A stretch of 24,096 nucleotides of DNA from a virus. Lineage: Duplodnaviria > Caudoviricetes. The stretch is from the IMG/VR virus record IMGVR_UViG_3300048862_000005, positions 1-24,096 of that record, one strand, 5' to 3'. The translations under genes were made by a program, and so were the position numbers. Numbering within the stretch: position 1 is the stretch's first letter; each line of letters starts with the position of its first letter. Under the pieces are notes generated by a model. The model searched no databases and had not been told where the DNA came from. It saw only the letters and a list, made by a program, of their open reading frames with translations. Positions 7,944-16,087 of the stretch are shown here, piece after piece.

Positions 7944-8144
7944 CGCTTGTTGCCCAGCCAGCTTTAGAGTCTCGATATCCTTCTTCAACTGAACCACGAA
8001 TCGAGGGTTCGTATAGGCCATGTGCGCGGACAGGATCGCGTCGCGGTGCTGGTCGAGTCGAGGAAAACTTGCGGCGAGACGGATAGCTTCTTGCCATTGC
8101 CCGTTGCGCATATGATCTTTGACGGTGGAGAGCTTGGTTTTCAT
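7917..8144 (-). CDS. small hypothetical moron protein (MKTKLSTVKDHMRNGQWQEAIRLAASFPRL...)
   Basis: 75 aa filling the MTase-terS gap; TTGCAA-16-TAATGT promoter-like sequence just upstream. Confidence 0.6.
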   Translation of the reverse strand: MKTKLSTVKDHMRNGQWQEAIRLAASFPRLDQHRDAILSAHMAYTNPRFVVQLKKDIETLKLAGQQALLDRFGLE

Positions 8145-8187
8145 GACTCGGACATTAAGGTAATCAACCAACATTGCAAGGCTGCTT

Positions 8188-8622
8188 ATGCCTGGAGTCA
8201 AAGGTAAATCAGGCGGAAAACGACCCGGCGCAGGGCGTGGGCCTTTCAAACCGACCGAAGAGCAACGCGATTTGGTAATGCAGTTGGCCGCCTTCGGTCT
8301 GCGCCATTCGGAAATCTGCCTGCTCATCAAGGGTGCTAATGGCAGGCCGATCAGTGAGCCGACGATGCGAAAAAATTTCGCTATTGAACTCGATACAGGA
8401 AAGCTCAAAGCCAACGTCAAGGTGGCGCAGACGCTCTACAAGAAAGCCATCGCGGGTGACAGGACTTCGATTATTTTCTGGTTAAAAACGCAAGCTGGCT
8501 GGAAAGACACGCAGCGCGTCGAGTTGACGGGTAACAATGGTGGACCGGTGCAGTCGATCTCCACCGTGACAAGCGATCCGATTGAGGCCGCGAAGGTGTA
8601 TATGAAGATGATGAAACCGTGA
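8188..8622 (+). CDS. terS: terminase small subunit
   Basis: GGKRPGAGR N-terminus, IIFWLKTQAGWKD, VELTGNNGGPV motif; upstream of terL. Confidence 0.8.
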   Translation: MPGVKGKSGGKRPGAGRGPFKPTEEQRDLVMQLAAFGLRHSEICLLIKGANGRPISEPTMRKNFAIELDTGKLKANVKVAQTLYKKAIAGDRTSIIFWLKTQAGWKDTQRVELTGNNGGPVQSISTVTSDPIEAAKVYMKMMKP

Positions 8623-8628
8623 CTGTGC

Positions 8629-9111
8629 TTACGAATGGGTAGAAGCGTGACGAGGCAAATCGCCAGCCAGCCATGCCATGACGCGTTCGTATCGAGTCAT
8701 TTGGACATTGGGCTCCAGATCGAGCCGGACAGCCTCTCCAAAATGTGCCGGATTGTATAGCGCACCGAGCACGACAGAATCCTGCTGTTGGAGCTTATTT
8801 AATTCTTCGTGCAATTGCTCATTGGTGAGGGAACTCGCACGCGCATACAGGGCATCGTAAGCTGCCCGTTGCAGGTTGGCTTGTACGGCTCTCGTCGCTG
8901 GCTGATAAACGATTGTAAAGCAGGTAATTGCACATAGCATCACGGCAATCGAATACTGCAACCAGGACGCGACGCCGGCAAAGATCGATGCGCTGAGAAA
9001 GAGCGTCAGAAATGACGCGCCCCGATCGACTCGTCCAAGTAGGGTTGCGGTCATACGCTCCAGGCGAGCGGACAGGCAAATTTGAAAGATCAGTTCGGGG
9101 CGCGTCATCAT
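8629..9111 (-). CDS. two-TM membrane protein, SLATT-like accessory (moron)
   Basis: Two adjacent hydrophobic segments followed by a helical cytoplasmic tail; opposite strand to the late operon. Confidence 0.7.
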   Translation of the reverse strand: MMTRPELIFQICLSARLERMTATLLGRVDRGASFLTLFLSASIFAGVASWLQYSIAVMLCAITCFTIVYQPATRAVQANLQRAAYDALYARASSLTNEQLHEELNKLQQQDSVVLGALYNPAHFGEAVRLDLEPNVQMTRYERVMAWLAGDLPRHASTHS

Positions 9112-9132
9112 TATCGTCCTTGAGGTTTGGTT

Positions 9133-9255
9133 TTAGCTCTCCTTCGAAGAAGGGGCCGGGCTAGGTTGGGTTGTCTGGCTCTTTTGTTGCGGCACCGGTG
9201 CACGCAAGGCATGATCAAATGTTGATTGGTCACTCGACGTCTTTGAGTTCGACAA
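9133..9255 (-). CDS. 40 aa Ser/Pro/Gln-rich peptide upstream of the 2-TM gene
   Basis: AGGAG RBS then TTG 9255: MSNSKTSSDQSTFDHALRAPVPQQKSQTTQPSPAPSSKES. Confidence 0.4.
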   Translation of the reverse strand: MSNSKTSSDQSTFDHALRAPVPQQKSQTTQPSPAPSSKES

Positions 9256-9302
9256 GTTTTTCTCCTGATAGGGTTAAAAGGGTCACACCAGAATCCTATC
9301 AT

Positions 9303-9332
9303 GCTCGCGCCGGGTAACTGGCGCGGGCTTTT
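9303..9332 (+). terminator. terminator hairpin preceding repeat unit 1
   Basis: GCTCGCGCCGG-GTAA-CTGGCGCGGGC-TTTT. Confidence 0.6.
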
Positions 9333-9666
9333 CCATTACGCATTACAGCCGATTCCGTTTCCTCATGGTTTTTGCAATTCTGATTATGTGCAGGTATTCG
9401 AATAGTGGGCATAGCGGCTGAGCGAAAGTCAGCGGGCTTATTGTGTGATCGACTCTTAAGCCATCCAGACCGTCAGGTCGCCGACCAGGACAAGCCGGCG
9501 AGTGTACGCAACAACCCCGGCAGTGCGTCAAGCTCTGATCCTTACGGCAAGGACGCACCGCTGACCCGGCTTGAAGGGTATGAACGTGTAGTAATCACCA
9601 AAAAGTCATCGTAAAAGCGAAAGCCCCGACCGCTGCTAACGGTTCGGGGCTTTCTTGCATCAACCC
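9320..9666 (+). repeat. repeat unit 1: degenerate terL 5' copy (9347-9423), structured segment and hairpin
   Basis: Aligns by eye with about 10365-10700 and with terL 10879-10956; ATG lost and two TAG stops (9403, 9412). Confidence 0.9.
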
Positions 9667-9691
9667 TCTGGAACAATCAGAAGGAAGGCAT
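9612..9691 (-). ncRNA. predicted cis-antisense sRNA against peptide P1 leader
   Basis: Minus-strand extended -10 TGcTAAAAT (hexamer 9703-9698), 17 bp from CCGCAA; ends at hairpin 9619-9654 followed by a U-rich tail. Confidence 0.5.
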
Positions 9692-9693
9692 AG

Positions 9694-9837
9694 GTGGATT
9701 TTAGCAAACTCATTAGGGAGTTGCGGATGATGTTGAAGGAAATGCCAGCTCAAAGGTTTTGGGCGCTATGGATTGTGGCGCTGTGCTTCGGGGTGGGGTA
9801 TCTCGCTAAATCCGTCAGCCTTTTCTTTGAACATTAA
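9694..9837 (+). CDS. small hydrophobic peptide P1 (VDFSKLIRELRMMLKEMPAQRFWALWIVALCFGVGYLAKSVSLFFEH), type I toxin-like
   Basis: GTG 9694 with AAGGAAGG RBS; alternative ATG 9727 with AGGGAG RBS; single TM segment. Confidence 0.65.
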   Translation: MDFSKLIRELRMMLKEMPAQRFWALWIVALCFGVGYLAKSVSLFFEH

Positions 9838-9909
9838 GTGTGAAGTCGGTCGCAACGACGATTCCGGAAAACGGAAGCGATCTCGTATCGGCTAAAGATA
9901 GACGCGAAG

Positions 9910-10041
9910 ATGAATTCAACCGATGCTGGCATTGTAGCGCGCAGACTGGCTAATGCCGCATTGATCCTAGCAGCCGGGGCCTTTTGCTTTGGGTTTGGTT
10001 CCGGTATCGGCTACATCGTACACGCGATTCGCTGGTGGTAG
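9910..10041 (+). CDS. small hydrophobic peptide P2 (MNSTDAGIVARRLANAALILAAGAFCFGFGSGIGYIVHAIRWW)
   Basis: 43 aa, TM segment, C-terminus VHAIRWW shared with P4. Confidence 0.55.
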   Translation: MNSTDAGIVARRLANAALILAAGAFCFGFGSGIGYIVHAIRWW

Positions 10042-10047
10042 TTGCAA

Positions 10048-10164
10048 ATGATGTTGAAGGAAATGCCACCTCAAAGGTTTTGGGCGATCTGGCTGCTTGG
10101 CTTGTTGTATTTCTCAGCCAAATTCCTTGATGCGCCCGTTATCGTTTCGTGGTTGAGCCGATAA
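10048..10164 (+). CDS. small hydrophobic peptide P3 (MMLKEMPPQRFWAIWLLGLLYFSAKFLDAPVIVSWLSR)
   Basis: 38 aa; first 45 nt or so nearly identical to P1 9727-9771. Confidence 0.55.
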   Translation: MMLKEMPPQRFWAIWLLGLLYFSAKFLDAPVIVSWLSR

Positions 10165-10364
10165 AAAGCCAAGATTGACGCAAGCATGACCAGAACAGTG
10201 CAAGAACAGCAAGGACCGAGCGGCAAGCCGTTTATCAAAGGGTAAGCAAATTGGATCTGATCTCCGCGTGCCAGGCCAAGACGCCGATGTGTTTGGGGGA
10301 TGGAGTTCATCATGACCTAAGGCAGTCGATGAGTGCCCTCAACCGAGCCCGCATCAGGCGGCTT

Positions 10365-10700
10365 ACGTGGGCTTTTACATACCCTCGTTACATGCCGATT
10401 CCGTTTTCTTATGATTTCCGCAATCCTGATTATGTGCAGGTGTTCGAATGGCGGGCGGAGCGACTAGGCGAAAGCCAGCGGGCTCTTTTACGGTCATCCA
10501 GAACGCCAAGTCGTAGGCTAGGGCAAGCCGGCGAGTGCCCGCAACAACCCGGGCAGTACATCATGCCTTTCTCCTGGCCTGCAAGGATGCACCGCTGACC
10601 CGGCGTAAAGGGTATGAACGTGTAGTAACCACCAAAAAGTTGTCATAAAAGCGAAAGCCCCGAGCCGTTGGTAGCGGTCGGGGCTTTCTTGCATCAACCC
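10365..10700 (+). repeat. repeat unit 2: terL 5' copy (10392-10469), structured segment and hairpin
   Basis: [25 protein letters not shown] versus Ter[26 protein letters not shown]; frame stays open to TGA 10598 (68 aa). Confidence 0.9.
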
Positions 10701-10727
10701 GTTGAAAAAGGCAACGAGAGGATCTTG
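10646..10727 (-). ncRNA. predicted cis-antisense sRNA against peptide P4 leader
   Basis: Minus-strand TTTTAA-17-TATACT (-10 at 10739-10734); ends at hairpin 10653-10688 followed by a U-rich tail. Confidence 0.5.
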
Positions 10728-10864
10728 TGAAGAAGTATACGACATTCTTGAGGGAGTTAAAAATGATCTCCAATGAGCTGAAGCCAACCCGCTATTGGTC
10801 TGTCTGGTTCATCGCGTTCCTTATCGCCGCATCGACTTTTGTGCACGCGATCCGCTGGTGGTGA
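10727..10864 (+). CDS. small hydrophobic peptide P4 (VKKYTTFLRELKMISNELKPTRYWSVWFIAFLIAASTFVHAIRWW), type I toxin-like
   Basis: GTG 10727 with GAGAGGA RBS; alternative ATG 10763 with AGGGAG RBS; same two-start layout as P1. Confidence 0.65.
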   Translation: MKKYTTFLRELKMISNELKPTRYWSVWFIAFLIAASTFVHAIRWW

Positions 10865-10878
10865 AAGAGACGTGAATC

Positions 10879-12474
10879 ATGCCGATTCCGTTTCCCCATG
10901 ATTTCCGCAACCCTGATTATGTACAGGTATTCGAATGGCGGGCGGAGCGGCTGAGCCGGATTCGCGCCAACCCGGCGACGTTGCCTGCGCTGAAAACCTA
11001 CTATCGGGATCACCCTGGGCAGTTCGTCATCGACTGGGGCATGACGTTCGACCCGCGTAATGTCGAGCGGAGGTTGCCCGCGACGATTCCATTTCTGCTG
11101 TTTCCAAAGCAGGAAGCGTGGTGCGACTGGTTCATGGAGCGTTGGAAGGCGCAGGAGCCGGGCATTACGGAGAAGACCCGCGACATGGGCATGTCGTGGC
11201 TGACGGTGGCGCTGGCAGACACGATCTGCCTATTTCACGAGGGGGTGGTAGCCGGTTTCGGCTCGCGTAAGGAAGAGTATGTCGACAAGATCGGCTCGCC
11301 AAAGAGCCTGTTCTGGAAGGCGCGCGAGTTTCTGCGCCTATTGCCCCCAGAGTTCCGCGGTTCGTGGGACATCGGCACACACGCGCCGCACATGCGCATT
11401 ATTTTTCCGGACACCGGGTCAGTCATCACTGGAGAGTCCGGCGACGGCATCGGTCGTGGCGACCGCGCGAGCTTCTATGTCGTGGATGAATCGGCGTTCC
11501 TCGAACGGCCACAACTGATCGACGCGTCGCTGTCGGCGACGACGAACTGCCGACTGGACATCTCGACGCCGAACGGCATGGGCAATTCGTTTGCACAGCG
11601 CCGGCATAGCGGCAAGATTGCTGTGTTCACATTCCACTGGCGCGACGATCCGCGCAAGGATGACGCGTGGTATGCGAAGCAGTGCGCCGAGCTCGACCCG
11701 GTCATCGTTGCGCAGGAGATCGACATCAACTACGCGGCATCCATCGAGGGCGTCGTAATCCCGTCAGCATGGGTGCAAGCGGCGATCGGCGCGCACCTGA
11801 AGCTTGGCATCGAGCCAAGCGGCTTGCGGCGCGGCGGACTCGACGTTGCCGACGAGGGCAAAGACAAGAATGCATTTGCGGGCCGCTACGGGTTTCTGCT
11901 GAACTTCCTGCGGTCGTGGTCAGGCCGCGGCGGCGACATTTACCAGACGGTCGAACGCACGTTCGGCATCTGCGATGAGCTTGGCTATGAGTCGTTCGAC
12001 TACGATGCTGACGGGCTTGGCGCAGGCGTGCGCGGCGACGCACGCGTCATCAACGAGCAACGCATCGCCGCTGGCAAGCGACCGATCAATGACGAGCCAT
12101 TTCGCGGGTCAGGGCCGGTCCACGATCCGGAGGGCGAGATGGTCCCGGAACGGAAGAACAAGGACTATTTCGCGAACCTCAAGGCGCAGTCGTGGTGGGC
12201 GCTGCGGTTGCGCTTTCAGGCCACATACCGCGCGGTCGTTGAAGGTATGCATTATGACCCCGACGAAATCATCTCAATCGACCCGGCGCTGCCGGAGTTG
12301 ACCGCGCTCGTAATGGAATTGTCGCAGCCGACCTATACCGTCAACGGTGTTGGAAAAATCGTGATTGACAAGACGCCGGAAGGCACGAGATCGCCTAACC
12401 TGGCTGATGCCGTCATGATCGCATACCAGCCGGCCGGACAGGCGCTAGACATCTGGACAAGGTTGGCAAGATGA
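10879..12474 (+). CDS. terL: terminase large subunit
   Basis: Walker A-like [10 protein letters not shown], Walker B YVVDE, ISTP coupling motif, nuclease GLDVAD and C-terminal SPNLADA. Confidence 0.95.
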   Translation: MPIPFPHDFRNPDYVQVFEWRAERLSRIRANPATLPALKTYYRDHPGQFVIDWGMTFDPRNVERRLPATIPFLLFPKQEAWCDWFMERWKAQEPGITEKTRDMGMSWLTVALADTICLFHEGVVAGFGSRKEEYVDKIGSPKSLFWKAREFLRLLPPEFRGSWDIGTHAPHMRIIFPDTGSVITGESGDGIGRGDRASFYVVDESAFLERPQLIDASLSATTNCRLDISTPNGMGNSFAQRRHSGKIAVFTFHWRDDPRKDDAWYAKQCAELDPVIVAQEIDINYAASIEGVVIPSAWVQAAIGAHLKLGIEPSGLRRGGLDVADEGKDKNAFAGRYGFLLNFLRSWSGRGGDIYQTVERTFGICDELGYESFDYDADGLGAGVRGDARVINEQRIAAGKRPINDEPFRGSGPVHDPEGEMVPERKNKDYFANLKAQSWWALRLRFQATYRAVVEGMHYDPDEIISIDPALPELTALVMELSQPTYTVNGVGKIVIDKTPEGTRSPNLADAVMIAYQPAGQALDIWTRLAR

Positions 12475-13907
12475 ATCGAAAGCAACGTAAGGCCGAGCAG
12501 CGGCAATATCGCTCGATGGCTGCGGATTGCGCCAATGTAAAGCGCTGGGCCGTGGCCGATAGTTTCCAGAATTTTGAAGCACGCGTCGGGCTCGGCACGC
12601 CGAACCAGTCTTCAGCCTACCAGTACGGTTTCGACTTTATCTCGCGCAACCGTGTGCAGATGGAAGCGATGTATCGGTCGTCGTGGGTCGTTGGGCAGGC
12701 GGTGGATGTGGTCGCCGAGGACATGACGCGCATGGGCATTGAGATCGGCTCTGATCTGCCGCCGGACGACAAGGACGCGCTCAACCAGGGCTTCGAGAAC
12801 CTTGCGATCTGGGACAGTTTATGCGATGTGATTAAGTGGTCGCGGCTGTACGGCGGGGCGCTTGCCGTGATGATGATTGACGGACAGGACGCATCGACGT
12901 CGCTGCGGCTCGACACGATCGCGCAAGGTCAGTTCAAGGGCCTTTACGTGCTCGATCGCTGGCTCGTACAGCCGACACTCGAGAGTCTCGTCGAGACGCC
13001 CGGTCCCGATCTCGGTATGCCGAAGTACTACGACGTGGTTGCGGACTCGATGGCACTGCCGCGTCAGCGGATCCACTATAGCCGCGTGCTTCGGTTTGAT
13101 GGCATCACGCTGCCGTACTGGCAGCGCGTTAGCGAGAATTTATGGGGCCAGTCTGTCATCGAGCGCTTGATTGACCGGCTCGTCGCGTTCGACAGCACGA
13201 CAATGGGCGCCGCGCAACTCGTCTATAAAGCGCATCTGCGCACGTATAAGGTCAAGGACCTGCGCAAGATCATTGCAGCCGGTGGCCCGGCGCTCGAGGC
13301 GTTGCTGAAGAACATTGAGATGATTCGGCGGCTACAGTCGAACGAAGGCATGACGCTGGCTGACGCCGACGACGAGCTACAGGTTGATCAGTACGCGTTC
13401 ACTGGCTTGGATGCGGTCCTGTTGCAGTTTGCACAGCAACTATCCGGCGCGCTGCAAATTCCGCTCGTTCGCCTACTCGGCCAGTCGCCGGCCGGTCTGA
13501 ATGCCACTGGCGAGTCGGACTTGCGTACCTACTACGACAACATTAAGCAGCAGCAGGAGCGACGCCTGCGGCGTGCGCTGAATCAGCTGTTCGAGGTACT
13601 GTTCCGATCGGTGCTCGGTTTGTCAGCGCCGAAGGGCTTTTCGTACGACTTCCGCGCGCTCTGGCAGATGACCGACGAGCAGAAAGCGACGACGGCCAAC
13701 ACGACGGCGGACGCTGTCACGAAGGCGGTTGACGCTGGCCTGATGACGCCGGCGGCCGGTATGAAGGAGTTGCGCGCGTCGAGTCGCACGACTGGCATCT
13801 TCGCGTCGATCACCGACGAGGAAATCGAAGCAGCCGAAGATGCGCCGCCGCCCGCCGCAGAAACGGAGCTTCCCCACGATGCGGATGACCCGAGCGACGG
13901 ATCGTAA
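12471..13907 (+). CDS. portal protein (DUF1073-type)
   Basis: Follows terL; [42 protein letters not shown] motifs. Confidence 0.9.
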   Translation: MNRKQRKAEQRQYRSMAADCANVKRWAVADSFQNFEARVGLGTPNQSSAYQYGFDFISRNRVQMEAMYRSSWVVGQAVDVVAEDMTRMGIEIGSDLPPDDKDALNQGFENLAIWDSLCDVIKWSRLYGGALAVMMIDGQDASTSLRLDTIAQGQFKGLYVLDRWLVQPTLESLVETPGPDLGMPKYYDVVADSMALPRQRIHYSRVLRFDGITLPYWQRVSENLWGQSVIERLIDRLVAFDSTTMGAAQLVYKAHLRTYKVKDLRKIIAAGGPALEALLKNIEMIRRLQSNEGMTLADADDELQVDQYAFTGLDAVLLQFAQQLSGALQIPLVRLLGQSPAGLNATGESDLRTYYDNIKQQQERRLRRALNQLFEVLFRSVLGLSAPKGFSYDFRALWQMTDEQKATTANTTADAVTKAVDAGLMTPAAGMKELRASSRTTGIFASITDEEIEAAEDAPPPAAETELPHDADDPSDGS

Positions 13908-14637
13908 GCGCCGCCGAAATCCGGTACGCCTTAGCGGCCCGGAGCGGCAGTACAGGACGCAGCTGCGCAAGATCGCCGCGCAAGTTGGCGCCCTCGTCAA
14001 TGGCTTTACGCCTGGCGATCCCGGCGCAGCACCGATCATCAAGCAGTTGCTTAGGCGGTATGCCGAGGCGCTCACGCCGTGGGCCGAAGCGACGGCGGCG
14101 CGCCTGCTCGCCGAGCTGAACCGGCGCGACGAGCAGGCGTGGATAAAACAAACCGCCGAGATGTCACGCGCACTGCGCGATGAGCTGCGGCGCGCACCGA
14201 CCGGCAAGACGATGCGCACGCTAATGGCCGAGCAGGTTGGACTGATCAAGTCGATCCCGCTAGAGGCCGCTGAGCGCGTGCATCGTCTGACGGTCGAGGC
14301 GCTCGAGGACAGCACGCGCGCGGCCACGATCTCGAAAGCGATTCAGGAATCTGGCGTTGTTGCGAAGAGCCGCGCCGACCTGATTGCGCGTACCGAGGTC
14401 GCGCGAGCCGCAACCTCGCTTACAGAAGCCCGCGCGCGCAGCGCGGGTAGCACGCATTACATCTGGCGAACGAGCGGCGACAGCGATGTCCGTGCGGGTC
14501 ACCGTGCGATGGAGGGCAAAGTCTGTGCATGGGACGACCCGCCGCAGGTTAAGGAAAACGGACGCGTTATGAGGCTGCACCCCGGCCAAATCTGGAATTG
14601 CCGGTGTTGGGCCGAGCCGATCATCACCGAGGATTGA
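13879..14637 (+). CDS. head morphogenesis protein (SPP1 gp7/Mu F-like)
   Basis: LIARTE, YIWRTSGDSDVRAGH, HPGQIWNCRC motifs. Confidence 0.9.
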   Translation: MRMTRATDRKRRRNPVRLSGPERQYRTQLRKIAAQVGALVNGFTPGDPGAAPIIKQLLRRYAEALTPWAEATAARLLAELNRRDEQAWIKQTAEMSRALRDELRRAPTGKTMRTLMAEQVGLIKSIPLEAAERVHRLTVEALEDSTRAATISKAIQESGVVAKSRADLIARTEVARAATSLTEARARSAGSTHYIWRTSGDSDVRAGHRAMEGKVCAWDDPPQVKENGRVMRLHPGQIWNCRCWAEPIITED

Positions 14638-14639
14638 GC

Positions 14640-14801
14640 ATGGAGGGGCACGAAATCAAGCTGCGCGCGCTCTGCGCAGGGTGGCGGCCGCTGTACATGC
14701 GCGTTATCGCTTTTTGGCATCGGCTGGCGCATACCGAATCAAATTGCGGACGTATCGAGCGCGTAACCAGACGCGGCATGCGCACCACATGGACAAGCTG
14801 A
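14640..14801 (+). CDS. small hypothetical protein
   Basis: 53 aa ORF filling the gap between head genes. Confidence 0.35.
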   Translation: MEGHEIKLRALCAGWRPLYMRVIAFWHRLAHTESNCGRIERVTRRGMRTTWTS

Positions 14802-14802
14802 A

Positions 14803-16074
14803 ATGCGTTTCTACACGATCCAGAAGCTCGGGCCGAAGCGCTCGCTGACGCCCGAAGGCTTCTTACTGTGCGAGGACGTACCCGTCGCGCGTACGGGTGA
14901 AATGCTGTACGCCGCCGGTGAGGTGCCGGTCGAGGCTGGCCCGGACGGGTTGATCCGCATCAGTCGCACGCCGGACGAGGTATTTCACGATGCCACGCTC
15001 GCGAGTTGTGTCGGTAAGCCGGTGACGCTCGATCACCCGGACGATTTCGTCAATCCGTCGAATTACGCCGCGCTCGCAAAAGGCTCGATGCTCAACATCC
15101 GGTGCGGCGAGGGCGGAGACGCCGACCTGATCATCGCCGACCTGCTGATCACGTCGCAAGACGCTATCAGCGCGGTGCAAGACGACGAAATCGAGGAGGT
15201 TAGCCTTGGCTACGAGGCTGATTATGAACAGGTAGCACCCGGCCGGGCGGTCCAGCGGAACATCGTTGTCAACCACGTAGCGATCGTTCCGCGCGGCCGG
15301 TGTGGTCCTCGTTGTGCGATTGGAGATAAGGAACTTGAGATGAAGACGAAAGACAGCAAGAAGAAGCGGACATGGCTTGACCGCGTGCACACCGCTTTCA
15401 AGGCGCAGGACGAAGCCGCGCTCGAGGAAGCGCTTAATGAAGGTCAGACGGCTGACGCCAACGAAGAAGAGGAGCGCGACGACAAGGAGGGCAGGACCGC
15501 CGACGCGCTGAGCGACCTCGTTAAGTCGGTGAAGGCGCTAGACCGTCGCCTTGCCAAGATGGAGGCGCGTGACGCCGAGCGCGAAGAAACGGATGACGAA
15601 GACGAGGACGAGCCAGACGAAACGACCGACACGATCATCGAAGCCGAATCGTCGAAGCAGGTCAACCAGGAGGAAGTCGATCTGTACACGGGCGATTCCG
15701 CACGGCTGATCGCCGCTCGCGCCGAGATCTTGGCTCCCGGTGTGAAGCTGCCGACGCTCGATGGCCTCAAGACGAAGGACCGCGCTGCCGCGCTCTGCCG
15801 TTGCCAGCGCCGGGCGCTGGATCAAGCGTATCAGACGGATGCCGGCCGCGACGCTATCAAGCCGTTCCTTGGCCGCAAAGAGCCGGATTTCGACGCGATG
15901 CCGGCCCGAGTCGTAGATACCCTTTTCACCGGCGCCGCCGAACTGATGCGCGTCCAAAACAATGCACGCGCAGCAAGTGGCGCCGCACCGACTCGAAATT
16001 TCGGCAAGGTGAAGACGGTCGCGCAAATCAACGCGGCTAATGCCAAGTACTGGGCCGATCGGGCCCGCCAGTAA
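14803..16074 (+). CDS. prohead protease/scaffold (DUF2213-type)
   Basis: TPEGFLLC..VPVARTG, GKPVTLDHP, EVSLGY, NHVAIVPRGRCG; acidic coiled C-terminal part. Confidence 0.9.
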   Translation: MRFYTIQKLGPKRSLTPEGFLLCEDVPVARTGEMLYAAGEVPVEAGPDGLIRISRTPDEVFHDATLASCVGKPVTLDHPDDFVNPSNYAALAKGSMLNIRCGEGGDADLIIADLLITSQDAISAVQDDEIEEVSLGYEADYEQVAPGRAVQRNIVVNHVAIVPRGRCGPRCAIGDKELEMKTKDSKKKRTWLDRVHTAFKAQDEAALEEALNEGQTADANEEEERDDKEGRTADALSDLVKSVKALDRRLAKMEARDAEREETDDEDEDEPDETTDTIIEAESSKQVNQEEVDLYTGDSARLIAARAEILAPGVKLPTLDGLKTKDRAAALCRCQRRALDQAYQTDAGRDAIKPFLGRKEPDFDAMPARVVDTLFTGAAELMRVQNNARAASGAAPTRNFGKVKTVAQINAANAKYWADRARQ

Positions 16075-16087
16075 CGGAGATCGCCTC

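Noticed and set aside
9405-9614. 69-aa ORF within repeat unit 1
   Set aside because: Frame is not preserved in unit 2; conservation follows stems rather than codons
9415-9660. Group I/II intron or hammerhead ribozyme interrupting terL
   Set aside because: terL at 10879 is complete with its own start, and I could not find catalytic core motifs by eye; an Rfam search is still needed
10465-10490. GCGAAAGCCAGCGGGCT resembles part of a c-di-GMP-I riboswitch
   Set aside because: The upstream riboswitch stem and remaining conserved nucleotides are absent; the flank is terL-derived
9320-10960. CRISPR array or IS target-site duplication as the explanation for the repeats
   Set aside because: Repeats are long (78-350 bp), diverged and irregularly spaced; no cas, transposase or terminal inverted repeats in the window
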